DNA of 64,000 nucleotides from Lentisphaeria bacterium (lineage in GTDB: Bacteria > Verrucomicrobiota > Lentisphaeria > JABSQK01 > JAWLHB01): positions 186,001-250,000 of the forward strand of contig JAWLHB010000007.1 in the NCBI GenBank assembly GCA_041690595.1, in the 5' to 3' direction. The notes below the pieces were generated by a model. The model searched no databases and was not told where the DNA came from. It saw only the letters and a program-made list of their open reading frames with translations. The position numbers and the translations under genes are program-made. Shown piece by piece: positions 28,391-37,749 of this stretch (positions within the stretch are counted from its first letter, which is position 1; each line of letters opens with the position of its first letter).

Positions 28391-29458
28391 TCAGGGGGTG
28401 ACTTTTGGGTCGGCGCTGGTTCCGGCGAGGAGTTGCCAGATGTCGCTATCGAGGGAGCGGGTGGCGGATCCGGCCAGCTGGGCGAGGCTGTCGCGGGAGA
28501 GATCGGGGTGTATGGTGTGGGGGGATTGCACGGAGCAGGCTGCCACGAGGTTGCCGAAGCGCAGGGCCATGTCGAGTTCCAACTGGGCGGAGAGGGCGCA
28601 TAGCATGCCGGCGAGAAAGGCGTCGCCGGCGCCGGCGGTGCTTGCGGGCTGTACGCTCCAGGCGCATTCGTAGACAAGTTCGCGGCCGTCCCAGACCCAG
28701 CCGCCCATCCGGCCGCCGGTGATGGCGACGCAGAGCTTGCGGTTCATGTGGCGCAGCTTCCATACGGCTGCCTTGGCGATGTCGTGGCCATCCTTCCCGC
28801 GTGGATCGCCGCCCACGACGGCGATGGCTTCATCGAGGTTGATGGCGAGGAGGTCCACTTGGCGCAGAAGGCCGCCATTCATCGCGTCGACGATTTCGCT
28901 GGTGGTGAAGGAGGCAACGCGAAAGCAGCCATATTTGGTTGCCATCTCGAGCAGGGCGGCGCGGGCCGCCAGCGGCACCTCCGGCATGGCCAGGGCGATG
29001 GCATCTTCCGCATAGTTGGCGAAATCGGCCTCGGCCGCCTGAATCGACTCGGCATCGACCGCCGCGCAGGCCGAATTGTCTGTCGTGAGGTTGCCGCCGG
29101 TGCCGTCTGGATAAACGAAGCAGAAGGAGAAGAGGGTAGGGGCAGAGGGCAGCGTTTGGACGTACTTCATGCGCATGCCGGTGGCGGTCATCTCGGCGAG
29201 CAGCCGGTGTCCGTTCTCGTCGTCGCCGACCTTGCCGATGGGGAGGACGGCGAAGTCGGGTCCCATGAGGAGCTGCATGTAATGGGAGACAATGTGGAGC
29301 TTGCAGTAGTCGCGGCGATTGAGGTAGACGCCTCCGCGGCTTTCTTCGCGGCCGAGGGTGGTGTTGCCGTTGAGGGCGAAGAAGGTGCCGCTGCCGATTC
29401 CGCCGGTACCGATGAGTGCTTCGAAGAGGGGAGTCTTGACGGTGAGGTGGCGGGCCAT
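28391..29458 (-). CDS. PfkB-family carbohydrate kinase
   Basis: IGKVGDDENG, INLDEA, STAGAGDAFLAG. Confidence 0.88.
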   Translation of the reverse strand: MARHLTVKTPLFEALIGTGGIGSGTFFALNGNTTLGREESRGGVYLNRRDYCKLHIVSHYMQLLMGPDFAVLPIGKVGDDENGHRLLAEMTATGMRMKYVQTLPSAPTLFSFCFVYPDGTGGNLTTDNSACAAVDAESIQAAEADFANYAEDAIALAMPEVPLAARAALLEMATKYGCFRVASFTTSEIVDAMNGGLLRQVDLLAINLDEAIAVVGGDPRGKDGHDIAKAAVWKLRHMNRKLCVAITGGRMGGWVWDGRELVYECAWSVQPASTAGAGDAFLAGMLCALSAQLELDMALRFGNLVAACSVQSPHTIHPDLSRDSLAQLAGSATRSLDSDIWQLLAGTSADPKVTP

Positions 29459-29460
29459 GT

Positions 29461-30351
29461 TCAGATCCCCAGCTCCCATTCGGGATGTTCGGCGAGTGGG
29501 TGGCGGGCGGTCTCGACCGTCGCCGTCAGCAGGGCATCGGGATGTTCCTGCAGGAGGGTCATCGGATACTCGGCGGTGAGTGGGCCGAAGAGGGCGACGC
29601 GCAGGGCGGTCTGTTTCCAGGCGCCAGTATCGCTGAAGAGGCGGACTTTGCGGGCGGAGAGGCATTCCCTGACGCCGAGGGTCACGGACATGGGTGGCAC
29701 GAACTGCCAGGCGGTGCCGAAGGTGCGTTGCGCCAAGGCCATGATCGTGTCCCAGTTGTTCGTCTGGACCCGCACGGTGCTTTCGCGCACCTGGTCGATG
29801 GTGAGACGGCTGTAGGGGTCGCGCCGGGCCTGGTTGTAGGCGATGTGTCCATCCTGACCCCAGCCGCCATAGGTAAGATCGATGGGGGCAGCGGCGATAC
29901 GCTCGCGCAGCTCGCTTACCGTCTCTGGGGCTGGCCAGACCCGCTGACTGTCCGGCACCGACAGCTCCGGCGCGACGGGTGCGTAGAATTCGCGCTCCAT
30001 GAAGCCGCGAAAGCTGTAGGGATGGCGGCGGGGCAGTTCATTGCCCTGCCAGTCCAGGCATTCATCCATGTGGAAGACGGTCATGTGGCGCAGGCTGACG
30101 CGCTCTGCATTGACCAGACGGGTAAAGGGCTCGTACCAGCAGGCGGGACCGCAGGGGATGATGGCGCGAAAATCGCGTCCTGCCTCCTCGGCCTCCGCTA
30201 TGGCCGCGATGAGTTCACGCGCCATGAGCTCTCCCATGGCTGCGGAATCCCGCACCAGGCGGAAGGGGAGCTTGAGTTGGGCATGCCCTTCCAGTTCTTC
30301 CACGGGCACGCGACACCAGGTCGCCAGTTCCGCCACGCTGAAGTCGCTCAT
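29461..30351 (-). CDS. Glucosamine-6-phosphate isomerase/deaminase-like (NagB superfamily)
   Basis: IIPCGP, FHMDECL, GGWGQDGHIAYN, SVTLGVRE, YPMTLLQEHP. Confidence 0.8.
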   Translation of the reverse strand: MSDFSVAELATWCRVPVEELEGHAQLKLPFRLVRDSAAMGELMARELIAAIAEAEEAGRDFRAIIPCGPACWYEPFTRLVNAERVSLRHMTVFHMDECLDWQGNELPRRHPYSFRGFMEREFYAPVAPELSVPDSQRVWPAPETVSELRERIAAAPIDLTYGGWGQDGHIAYNQARRDPYSRLTIDQVRESTVRVQTNNWDTIMALAQRTFGTAWQFVPPMSVTLGVRECLSARKVRLFSDTGAWKQTALRVALFGPLTAEYPMTLLQEHPDALLTATVETARHPLAEHPEWELGI

Positions 30352-31352
30352 TACTGTTTTCCCTCGATTATGCCCCGCAGCAGACACGCCACATTGCCAC
30401 CGTAGACGATATGCCCCGCGGTATTCGGATGGGTGCTGTCGACGAGCATCGATGCATCGCGCGGAAAGAGTTCCTGCCAGGGCAGGCAGAGCATCTTCGG
30501 CATCTGGGCGACGAGCGTGGCCAGTGCCTCCCGATAGGTCGACAGCAGCTGGCCCTGCTCGTTCGGCTGGGCAGGTTGGTCGTCCGCGCCTTTGCGGTAG
30601 ATGGGTTGCTGAACCACGATGGTGGTGGTGGGATAGAGATCGCGGAGCCGTTCCAAATAGGCTCGAGCTTCGCCGATGTCGCGATTTCTGCCCCAGTCGT
30701 TGATGCCGTAGGCGACATAGATGAGGGCGGGATTCTCGATGGGGCGTTCCGGAAGGCTGGCGGCGTCGAAGACATGTCCGCCGACGCCGCAGTTGTGCAG
30801 GCTCATTCCCAGCTTGCGCGCCGCCAGGGTCGCATAGGTGAGGGATGGGTGATCGGCGTTGCCGCCGCGGGCTATCGAATCGCCGAGAACCAGAAGAACT
30901 GGTCGCTCGGGGCCCGGCCGCATACTGGCGTCGTCGTCCAGCCCGATGGAGCGGATCCAGCATTGACGTGAATGCCACAGGTAGAGCGTCACCAGGCGCT
31001 CCTGGCGCTCGCCGTCGACGCTCAGCCAGAAGCTCTGGGCAAGCTCTTCGGTCACCGCCGCTCCGCCCACCGAGCCGGCGAACTGGTCATCGATCCAGAT
31101 GTCGAAAAAGGCGGGCGCATCCGCCGCGGGGCTGAGGACGATCTCCAAGTGGAGTTGGTCGCTGTCGGTGTAGAACTCCAGAGCGACGCCGGATGGGTGT
31201 TGAGCCCAATCGCGCTGGTAGGGGCCATACTCCCCGTAGTAGTCAATGGCGGCATCGGGATGGCGAAGGAACTGCAGCCCCTTTTCCTCCTGGCGCACCT
31301 GGTTTGCCCCCCGCCCACACGCCACCAGCTCTTCCCGCGACATTATACGCAT
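30351..31352 (-). CDS. SGNH/GDSL-family esterase
   Basis: GDSI, GVGG, YGIND, DSTHPN; stop overlaps the next start. Confidence 0.88.
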   Translation of the reverse strand: MRIMSREELVACGRGANQVRQEEKGLQFLRHPDAAIDYYGEYGPYQRDWAQHPSGVALEFYTDSDQLHLEIVLSPAADAPAFFDIWIDDQFAGSVGGAAVTEELAQSFWLSVDGERQERLVTLYLWHSRQCWIRSIGLDDDASMRPGPERPVLLVLGDSIARGGNADHPSLTYATLAARKLGMSLHNCGVGGHVFDAASLPERPIENPALIYVAYGINDWGRNRDIGEARAYLERLRDLYPTTTIVVQQPIYRKGADDQPAQPNEQGQLLSTYREALATLVAQMPKMLCLPWQELFPRDASMLVDSTHPNTAGHIVYGGNVACLLRGIIEGKQ

Positions 31353-31436
31353 GCTTCTGTGCCTCCGCTACGATGTTCAGTCTTGACGCAAGAGCCCAAT
31401 GTAATCGCCTTTCGCCAGATCACAATCGGTCAGTGG

Positions 31437-31503
31437 TCTGACGGATCGGGCGGATCTGACGGATCTGACGGATCGGAGACGGATCGGGCGGATCGGACGG
31501 TCG
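31437..31503 (+). repeat. 9-bp tandem repeat (TCTGACGGA / TCGGGCGGA, about 7 units)
   Basis: tctgacgga tcgggcgga tctgacgga tctgacgga tcggagacgga tcgggcgga tcggacggt, just downstream of pyc. Confidence 0.85.
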
Positions 31504-31518
31504 CAGGCAGTGCGCTGT

Positions 31519-34500
31519 CTATGGCTCGTAGGCGATCAGCAGGTCCTTGGCGTTCACCTGGTCTCCTGCTTTGACGTAGACAGCGTCGATGACGCCGTCG
31601 TGGTCGGCGTAGATGGTCGTCTCCATCTTCATGGCTTCCAACGTCAGGAGTCGTTCACCTGCTTTGATGTGCTTGCCCTTTTCAGCGGCAATGGTGACGA
31701 CGAGCCCTGGCATGGGTGCGCCGATGTGGTCGGGATTGCCGACTTCGGCTTTGGGGCGCTTGGGCAGGAGCTGCTTCAGGTTTCGTACCGGCACCTTCAA
31801 CTCGCGTGGCTGACCGTTGAGTTCGAAGTAGACGGTGGAGTCGCCTTCCTTGTCTGCCTCGGTGACAGCCAGGAGCTTGATGAAGAGGATCTTTCCGGGT
31901 TCGATCTCGACGGCGACCTCCTCTCCGATGGGGGCGCCGTGGAGGAAGACGTGGGTGGGTAGGACGGAGACATCGCCGTAATGACTCTGGTGCTCGGCAA
32001 AGTCCTTGAATACCTGGGGATAGAGAAGGGCAGAGAGGAGACGGCGGTCGGAGATCTTGCTGCCCAACGTGCGTTCCAGTTCCGCCCGAGTGGCTTCGAA
32101 ATCCGCGGGCTCCAGCAAGGCGCCGGGTCGGCCATGCAGCGGTTCGGCGCCGCGCAGGACGCGCTGACGCAGTTTCTCGGGAAAGCCGCCTTCTGGTTCG
32201 CCGAGGTACCCTTTCAGGAAGTCGATGACGGATTGCGGGAACGAGAGTTCGCGGTCACCGTCAAGCACATCGGAGGTTGTGAGATCATTGGTGACCATGA
32301 ACAAGGTCAGGTCTCCCACGACCTTTGATGAGGGGGTAACCTTGACGATGTCACCGCACATCTGGTTGACGTCGGCGTAGGTTTGGCAGATCCGGGGCCA
32401 GCGTGCTTCGAGGCCTAAGGCGATGGCCTGCTGGTAAAGGTTGGTGTATTGGCCGCCGGGCATTTCGTGTTTGTAGACGTCCGCCGTGCCGGCCTTGAGT
32501 TCGGGTTCGAAGGGTGCGTAGTACTGCCTGGTGACCGCCCAGAATTGGGCCGTTCGGTCGAGCTTCTCACCGTCCATGCCGGTGTCCCTGTCGGTGAAGC
32601 GCAGCATCTCGACGGTGGTGTTGAGATTCGGCTGGGAGGTGAGGCCGGAGAGGGGTGCCATGGCGCCGTCGACAATATCGACACCGGCCTCGGCGGCTTT
32701 AAGCAAGGCGCCGAGCTGCCCGCCGCTGGTGTCGTGGGTGTGGAAGTGGATGGGGAGGCCGACTTCCTGCTTGAGCGTGGAGATCAGCTTGTGGGCGGCA
32801 TAGGGCTTACAGAGGCCGGCCATGTCCTTGATGGCCAGAATGTGTACGCCCATGGCCTCCAGCTCTTTTGCGAGGCGGACGTAATAGTCGAGGTTGTACT
32901 TCTCGCGTGAGGGGTCGAGGATATCGCCGGTGTAGCAGATGGCGGCCTCGCAGATGGCGCCCGTCTCCAGAACCGCATCGACGGCGACGCGCATATTGGT
33001 CATCCAGTTGAGCGAATCGAAGATCCGGAAGATGTCGATGCCGGCGGCGGCGGCCTCTTTGACGAAGGTCTGGACGACGTTGTCGGGGTAGCTTGTGTAG
33101 CCGACGGCGTTGGAGGCACGGAGGAGCATCTGGAAGAGGATGTTGGGGATCTTCTCGCGCAGCCGTGTGAGCCTGTCCCACGGGTCCTCGTTGAGAAAGC
33201 GCATGGCGCTATCGAAGGTGGCGCCGCCCCACATTTCGATGGAGAAGAGGTCGGCGTGGTGGTGGGCGTAGGCGGGGGCGACGGCCAGCAAGTCGTAGGT
33301 CCGCATACGTGTAGCGAGCAAGGACTGGTGGGCATCGCGGAAGGTTGTGTCAGTGAGGAGAAGGTGCTTCTGGTCGCGAATCCACTGGGCGAACTTCTCG
33401 GGGCCCATTTCATGGAGGCGGTCGCGGGTGCCGGGCGGCGGCTGCTTGAGCGGATCGAAGGGGGGGACCGGCGCTGGGCGACGGACGATGGTGTCGGGCT
33501 TCTTCTTGACCAAGTCGTTGCCGTTGACGGCGACGTCGCCGATGAAGCGCATCAGTCGCGACGCTCGGTCGCGGCGGCGAGGGAAGCGAAAGAGTTCTGG
33601 GGTTTCATCGATGAATCGGGTATGGCATTCTCCGGTGCGGAATGCGGGATGACCGATCAGGTTGATGAGGAAGGGGATGTTCGTCTTGACGCCGCGGACG
33701 CGGAACTCCTGGAGGCAGCGCTCCATGCGGCTCACGGCATCGGAGAAGCGGGAGCCGCTGGCAGTGACCTTGACGAGAAGGGAATCGTAGTATGGGGTGA
33801 CGACCGCGCCGGTGAAGGCCGTACCGGCGTCGAGGCGAATGCCCATACCGGAAGCGGAACGGTAGTGGAGCAGCCGTCCATAGTCTGGGATGAAGTTGTT
33901 CTCGGGATCTTCGGTCGTGACGCGGCACTGGATGGCGTGCCCGCGTATCTGGATGAGGGACTGGTCGCCCATGCCGATCTCTTCATGGGAGAGTGGGTAT
34001 CCCTGCGCAATAAGGATCTGTCGTTTGACAATATCGTGGCGCACCACCTCTTCGGTGACCGTATGTTCCACCTGGATACGGGGGTTGATCTCGATGAAGA
34101 AGAACTCTTCGGTCTCTTTGTCGACGAGGAATTCGACGGTGCCGGCGTTGTCGAAGGCGGTCTTTCGGCCAATGGCGACGGCCGCTTCGCATATCGCGTT
34201 GCGGGTTTCGTGCGAGAGGTTGAGTGCGGGCGCCATCTCCACGACTTTCTGGTGACGGCGCTGGACGGAGCAGTCGCGCTCGTGGAGGTGTACGACGTTG
34301 CCGTACTTGTCGCCCAGGATCTGCACCTCGATGTGACGGGCGCGCGGGATATACTTTTCGACGAAGATATCATCACTGCCAAAGGCTCCGCGAGCCTCGC
34401 GCTTTGCCTCCTGGAGGCGATTCTCGAGGTCGGCTTCTTGCTCGACCACGCGCATGCCGCGTCCGCCGCCGCCATGTGCGGCCTTGAGAATCACGGGGTA

Positions 34501-34971
34501 TCCGCATTCTCGGGCCAGTTCTCGGGCCTGGGCCAGATCGCGGACGGAGTTGGCGCTGCCTGGGAGCACGGGCACACCGGCCTCTTTGGCGAGAGCACGG
34601 GCGGCCGTCTTATCGCCGAGCACTTCCAGCAGCTCGGGCCGCGGCCCGATAAAGGTGATGCCGGCGTGTTCGCATGCTCGCGCGAAATGCGGGTTCTCGG
34701 ACAGGAACCCGTAGCCTGGATGGATGGCGTCGACCTTCTTTGCTTTCGCCAAGGCCACGATAGCGTCGATATCGAGGTACGCCTTCACCGGCTCCCGCTC
34801 ATCGCCTACCTGGTATGCCTCGTCAGCCTTGAATCGGTGCAGCGCAAAGCGGTCCTGATGGGCGTAGATAGCGACCGTGCGCATGTGCAGCTCGTGTGTG
34901 GAGCGGAAGACCCGGATGGCGATTTCGCTGCGATTGGCGACCATCAAGCGTTTGAAGGGCTTTATTTCCAT
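31519..34971 (-). CDS. pyc: Pyruvate carboxylase
   Basis: VANRSEIA, HPGYGFLSE, RDAHQSLLATR, AIKDMAG, biotin motif EAMKME; ATG 34971. Confidence 0.97.
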   Translation of the reverse strand: MEIKPFKRLMVANRSEIAIRVFRSTHELHMRTVAIYAHQDRFALHRFKADEAYQVGDEREPVKAYLDIDAIVALAKAKKVDAIHPGYGFLSENPHFARACEHAGITFIGPRPELLEVLGDKTAARALAKEAGVPVLPGSANSVRDLAQARELARECGYPVILKAAHGGGGRGMRVVEQEADLENRLQEAKREARGAFGSDDIFVEKYIPRARHIEVQILGDKYGNVVHLHERDCSVQRRHQKVVEMAPALNLSHETRNAICEAAVAIGRKTAFDNAGTVEFLVDKETEEFFFIEINPRIQVEHTVTEEVVRHDIVKRQILIAQGYPLSHEEIGMGDQSLIQIRGHAIQCRVTTEDPENNFIPDYGRLLHYRSASGMGIRLDAGTAFTGAVVTPYYDSLLVKVTASGSRFSDAVSRMERCLQEFRVRGVKTNIPFLINLIGHPAFRTGECHTRFIDETPELFRFPRRRDRASRLMRFIGDVAVNGNDLVKKKPDTIVRRPAPVPPFDPLKQPPPGTRDRLHEMGPEKFAQWIRDQKHLLLTDTTFRDAHQSLLATRMRTYDLLAVAPAYAHHHADLFSIEMWGGATFDSAMRFLNEDPWDRLTRLREKIPNILFQMLLRASNAVGYTSYPDNVVQTFVKEAAAAGIDIFRIFDSLNWMTNMRVAVDAVLETGAICEAAICYTGDILDPSREKYNLDYYVRLAKELEAMGVHILAIKDMAGLCKPYAAHKLISTLKQEVGLPIHFHTHDTSGGQLGALLKAAEAGVDIVDGAMAPLSGLTSQPNLNTTVEMLRFTDRDTGMDGEKLDRTAQFWAVTRQYYAPFEPELKAGTADVYKHEMPGGQYTNLYQQAIALGLEARWPRICQTYADVNQMCGDIVKVTPSSKVVGDLTLFMVTNDLTTSDVLDGDRELSFPQSVIDFLKGYLGEPEGGFPEKLRQRVLRGAEPLHGRPGALLEPADFEATRAELERTLGSKISDRRLLSALLYPQVFKDFAEHQSHYGDVSVLPTHVFLHGAPIGEEVAVEIEPGKILFIKLLAVTEADKEGDSTVYFELNGQPRELKVPVRNLKQLLPKRPKAEVGNPDHIGAPMPGLVVTIAAEKGKHIKAGERLLTLEAMKMETTIYADHDGVIDAVYVKAGDQVNAKDLLIAYEP

Positions 34972-35151
34972 GGGCGATCCTCGGAATAAGTCTGTTAGAC
35001 AGGGGGGCGGCGGCGCGGGGCAGGTAGTGTAACATGAACTGTTCTTCCGGAATTCCAAAGCGTAGCACAAACAATCCGGGGATTCAAGCTGATACAGGGG
35101 GGCTTGGGCGGGGCTGACGTTCCCCCGGTGGGGGGCATGCGCGGGGGGTGA

Positions 35152-36375
35152 TCAGGTCAGCTTGAGGACGGTGCAGAGGGGATCGATGGGGGTGTGGGGG
35201 AGACCGGAGACGATCAGGGCGCCGGTGGGGTCACGGTGGAAGGGCAGGGGCTGCCCGGTCTTGAGGACGGTCACGGTTGAAATCTCGCGGCGCAAGACGG
35301 GAATGCGGGTCTCGCGGCCGGGCCATTCGTAGAGGTAGAAATAGAGAGCGTCGCCCTTGGCGGTGAAAAAGCCGCAGGAGTTGCCCTGATGGCTGCGGGG
35401 TGTCGGGCGCGCCACGTCTGTGGCCTCGATGCCGTAGACTGCTTCGGCATGGGCGTGAACCCAGGCACCCATGACCTCGAGGATTTCGAGTTGCCAGGCG
35501 GGAATGACGCCGTCCGCGTCGGGGCCGACATTGAGCAGGAGGTTGCCGCCGAACTCGAGGGTGTGCAGGAGGAGGAGCAGGGCCTGGGCGGGGGTGCGAC
35601 GGTTGAGGGCGCTACGGCAATATCCCCAGTAGCTGAAGTCGTCGTCGCCGAGGGTCATGCAGGCTTCCCAGGCGTGGACATTCGCGGGCGGTCGAATGAT
35701 GTTGCGGCCTTCGATGGTGCCGAAATCCTCGTCCAGACCCGACCGGTTGTTGATGAGGATATCGGGCTGCAGTTGGCGGACCATGGCGTTGAGCTTTTCG
35801 GCTTGCCAGAAGGCGGCGACATCCTCGCGGGTGGGGTTTTCCTTGAGGGGGCAGGCCGCGCCGTCGTACCAGAGGAGGTCGATTTTGCCGTAGTTGCTCA
35901 TCAGCTCGCGGAGTTGGGCATGGGTGAGGTCGCGCATGCGGGCCGCGGCGTCGGCCGGGTCGGCGCCGTTGTCCTGGAAGCGCCAGTCGTTTAGCGAGTA
36001 GTAGAGGCCGACGCCAAGATCGTGTCGGCGGCAGGCGGCGACAAAATCGGCGACGAAGTCCCGTTGCGCGGGGGAATTCATGCTGTTGAAGGGGTCGGCC
36101 TTGCTGTCGAATAGGGCGAAGCCGTCGTGATGCAGGGTGGTGAAGACGGCGTAGCGCATGCCGGCTTTGCGCGCCGCGAGGCACCAGCTATCCGGTGAGA
36201 AGGAGCGGGGATTCCACTGCTGGGCGAGGGCGGCATACTCGTCGGCGGGGATGCCGTCGCGATGGCGAACCCATTCGCCGCGTCCGAGGATGGCGTAGAG
36301 CCCCCAGTGAATGAAGATGCCGAAGTGGGCTTCCTTGAACCAAGCGAGTCGGCGTTGACGATCGTCGAGATCCAT
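35152..36375 (-). CDS. Alpha-L-fucosidase (GH29)
   Basis: FGIFIHWGLY, HHDGFALF, LWYDG (nucleophile), INNR, GNLLLNVGP. Confidence 0.9.
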   Translation of the reverse strand: MDLDDRQRRLAWFKEAHFGIFIHWGLYAILGRGEWVRHRDGIPADEYAALAQQWNPRSFSPDSWCLAARKAGMRYAVFTTLHHDGFALFDSKADPFNSMNSPAQRDFVADFVAACRRHDLGVGLYYSLNDWRFQDNGADPADAAARMRDLTHAQLRELMSNYGKIDLLWYDGAACPLKENPTREDVAAFWQAEKLNAMVRQLQPDILINNRSGLDEDFGTIEGRNIIRPPANVHAWEACMTLGDDDFSYWGYCRSALNRRTPAQALLLLLHTLEFGGNLLLNVGPDADGVIPAWQLEILEVMGAWVHAHAEAVYGIEATDVARPTPRSHQGNSCGFFTAKGDALYFYLYEWPGRETRIPVLRREISTVTVLKTGQPLPFHRDPTGALIVSGLPHTPIDPLCTVLKLT

Positions 36376-36482
36376 GAAAGGGGGCTCCTGCTGGCCGGCT
36401 GGGCGGCGTTGTTCTTCCGGGCGCGTGGTGGGACGTAAGGTAGCACGTTCGCCTGCGCTGCATAGCCCGATGGTGGCATGGG

Positions 36483-36510
36483 AAATGTGTATACAATATG
36501 TATATTCTAA
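36483..36510. promoter_or_regulatory. AT-rich divergent promoter region with TGTATACA palindrome, candidate GntR-family operator
   Basis: aaatgTGTATACAatatgtatatt; perfect 8-bp palindrome at 36488-36495 between GH29 and the regulator. Confidence 0.5.
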
Positions 36511-36586
36511 ATATTTAGTTTTTTATAGAGTTGTTGTTGACATCGTTCAGGTTGGTGGTTATAGGTATAGAAAGGAAGGAGCGATT

Positions 36587-37726
36587 ATGGCAAGTGTCAC
36601 TGATCAAACGGGGACGCGTCTCCGGTTCAAGTACCAGGTGATCGCGGAGCAGGTAGGGTCCTGGATCGCCAGTGGGGAGTATCCGCCGAGTAGTGTTCTT
36701 CCGTCGGAAGTAGAGTTGGCGGAGCATTTTTCGGTCAATCGCATGACGATGCGGAAGGCACTGGGCCTGCTGTGCGAAGAGGGAGTACTGAAACGGTACC
36801 AGGGAAAAGGGACGGTGGTGATCGGGCCGATTGGTGGCGCTGATCTGGCCGATGTATTGTACATTGGCCCGGTGGAGGCCCACTTGTTCAACAATATCGT
36901 GCGCGCTGCCCAGCGGCAGGCCCAACAGCGAGGCGTTCGGTTCCAGACATTGGAGACTCCGCGGAGCGACGATTCCGCTTGGCAGGCGACGTTGGCGGTC
37001 TATGCCGAAAACGCGGGCGGGTTCATCGTGGCGGCGGAAAGCTATCCGATCGTGCATAAGACACTGTCGTCACTGAAGCGCCCTGTTGTCGTGGTGGGAG
37101 ACGAGCCGCCGAAGGGGCTGACTCTGCCGCCCGGTACGGCCTGTGTTCTAGCGGATCAAATGCGTGCGATCAGAGTGGCGATGGAGCATCTGCTCGAGTT
37201 GGGACACCGGCGTATCCTCCTGGCGGAGGGCGACGCCAATCCGGCCGGCGCGCAAATCGGCGCTCGACAAGGGGATCGAGCCTACCCTGAACCATTGGCG
37301 ACATACTATGGCGCGTATCGCGGGGTGCTGGCTACCCATGGTGTCGCCGACTGGGAAGGAGTGGTCAACTGCTACCAGGAAGTCGAAGGCGTCGTTCTCG
37401 ACAGCATCTTGGCGTTCCTGCAGGCGCCGGACCGGCCCACCGCGGTGGTCTGTCAACCGGACTTCCGGGCCCGCGGGATCTATGCCGTGGCGGCGCTTGC
37501 CGGCTTGCGGATACCGGAGGATCTCAGCGTAATTGGCATCAACGATACGCCTTGGTGTCCAGCCTTGTCTCCGGCCCTCAGCTCCGTCAATGTCGGTGAA
37601 TCCCTGATGGGCAGGCTGGCGATGGATATCCTGATTGGCGACATGCCAGAGGAGCACCTGTCGATCCGCGTGTCACCGTCGCTGTGCGAACGTGATTCGA
37701 CGGCACCCGTGGGTAGAACCACGTAA
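36587..37726 (+). CDS. GntR-HTH + LacI-type sensor transcriptional regulator (AraR architecture)
   Basis: LPSEVELAEHFSVNRMTMRKAL...QGKGT; GHRRI, IPEDLSVIGIND, LSSV. Confidence 0.9.
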   Translation: MASVTDQTGTRLRFKYQVIAEQVGSWIASGEYPPSSVLPSEVELAEHFSVNRMTMRKALGLLCEEGVLKRYQGKGTVVIGPIGGADLADVLYIGPVEAHLFNNIVRAAQRQAQQRGVRFQTLETPRSDDSAWQATLAVYAENAGGFIVAAESYPIVHKTLSSLKRPVVVVGDEPPKGLTLPPGTACVLADQMRAIRVAMEHLLELGHRRILLAEGDANPAGAQIGARQGDRAYPEPLATYYGAYRGVLATHGVADWEGVVNCYQEVEGVVLDSILAFLQAPDRPTAVVCQPDFRARGIYAVAALAGLRIPEDLSVIGINDTPWCPALSPALSSVNVGESLMGRLAMDILIGDMPEEHLSIRVSPSLCERDSTAPVGRTT

Positions 37727-37749
37727 CCTCAGGAAGAAGGGAGCGATGG

